Source: Octopus sinensis (Eukaryota). From it: a DNA stretch of 64,000 bases. The stretch covers positions 7,502,001 through 7,566,000 of the forward strand of contig NC_043021.1 in assembly GCF_006345805.1 (NCBI RefSeq), read 5' to 3'. The notes below the pieces were generated by a model. That model did not search any database, had not been told where the DNA came from, and saw only the letters and a list, made by a program, of their open reading frames with translations. A program made the position numbers and the translations under genes. Position 1 is the first letter of the stretch, and each line of letters opens with the position of its first letter. Below are positions 63,330 through 64,000 of the stretch, in pieces.

Positions 63330-63960
63330 GACATGTATAGAAGGGTTGAAGTTTAGGAGTTTGTGATGGGTAGGAGATGGAGTGTGATGGGAGAGATAGG
63401 ATAAGTTAAGGGAAGGAGAGAGAGGGAGAGGTAACATGGAAGACAACACAAGAGAGAGAAGGAGAGATAATAAGGGAGAGAAAAGAAGAGACAACAGGGA
63501 AGAAAAAGAAAGGGAGAGACATAGGAAGATAGAGAAAGGGAGAGACATAGGAAGAGAGAGAGAAGGATAGATGACAGGAAAGAGAGGAGAGAGAGACAAG
63601 ATAAATAGAAAGAGATACAAGAGAGACAGGAGATACATCAGGGAGGAGCAAGAAGATAAAGAGAGAGAGAGAGAGACAAAAGAGGAAGGAGGGACACATG
63701 GGGAGAGAAAAGAGGCAGAAGGGAGATAGAGAAGAGGGAGAGTAAGAAGGAAAAAAGTGAAGAAAATATATTAAAGAGAATACGAGAACAAGAATAAGAA
63801 GGATTTGAAAGTGTACAGGAGAAATGAATGAAAAAAATCTGAAAAAGAGAGAATAAAAGAGAGAGAGAAAAAGAGCATCTGAAAAAAGAAGAGTGAAAGA
63901 AAGAGAAGAGAGAAAAAAATATTTTTGATAATAGAAAACTAAAGGAAGTCAGAAAATAGA
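63330..63960. repeat. GA-rich low-complexity tract (pyrimidine-rich on the gene strand) upstream of the exon A acceptor
   Basis: Direct composition. Confidence 0.8.
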
Positions 63961-64000
63961 AAACAGGCATCAAATATGATTGTCTGAAATATCAGAGAAA

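Noticed and set aside
1-64000. CRISPR arrays, operons or other prokaryotic systems
   Set aside because: Eukaryotic intron-exon structure; tandem repeats lack unique spacers.

Overview
AT-rich, microsatellite- and SINE-dense metazoan genomic DNA; the repeat landscape suggests an octopus/cephalopod (inference). The window lies entirely inside one minus-strand gene, the kinesin-3 motor unc-104/KIF1A. I traced 15 GT-AG exons from 63244 down to 312 with compatible phases and no stops. They cover the pre-FHA region, FHA domain, coiled coil and conserved KIF1 stalk; the motor domain and C-terminus lie outside the window. One exon (18385-18525) is a diverged tandem paralogue of the next exon and sits alone between 32.6-kb and 11.7-kb introns, so it is probably a cassette exon. 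Introns hold tRNA-derived SINEs, RTE and CR1 LINE 3' ends, hAT, piggyBac and mariner MITEs, Helitrons including a head-to-tail dimer, and minisatellites. The most unusual signals are: (i) palindromic elements carrying Penelope-type minimal hammerhead ribozyme motifs, one with a canonical core on the host-transcribed strand and one family with tRNA-like heads; (ii) a strong sense-orientation bias of one SINE family whose antisense tail reads as a 3' splice site; (iii) a thrice-copied intronic segment containing a possible in-frame 21-nt microexon; (iv) a decayed copy of part of an exon in the next intron. Exon boundaries were read by hand. Repeat boundaries are approximate unless a TSD or TIR is quoted.
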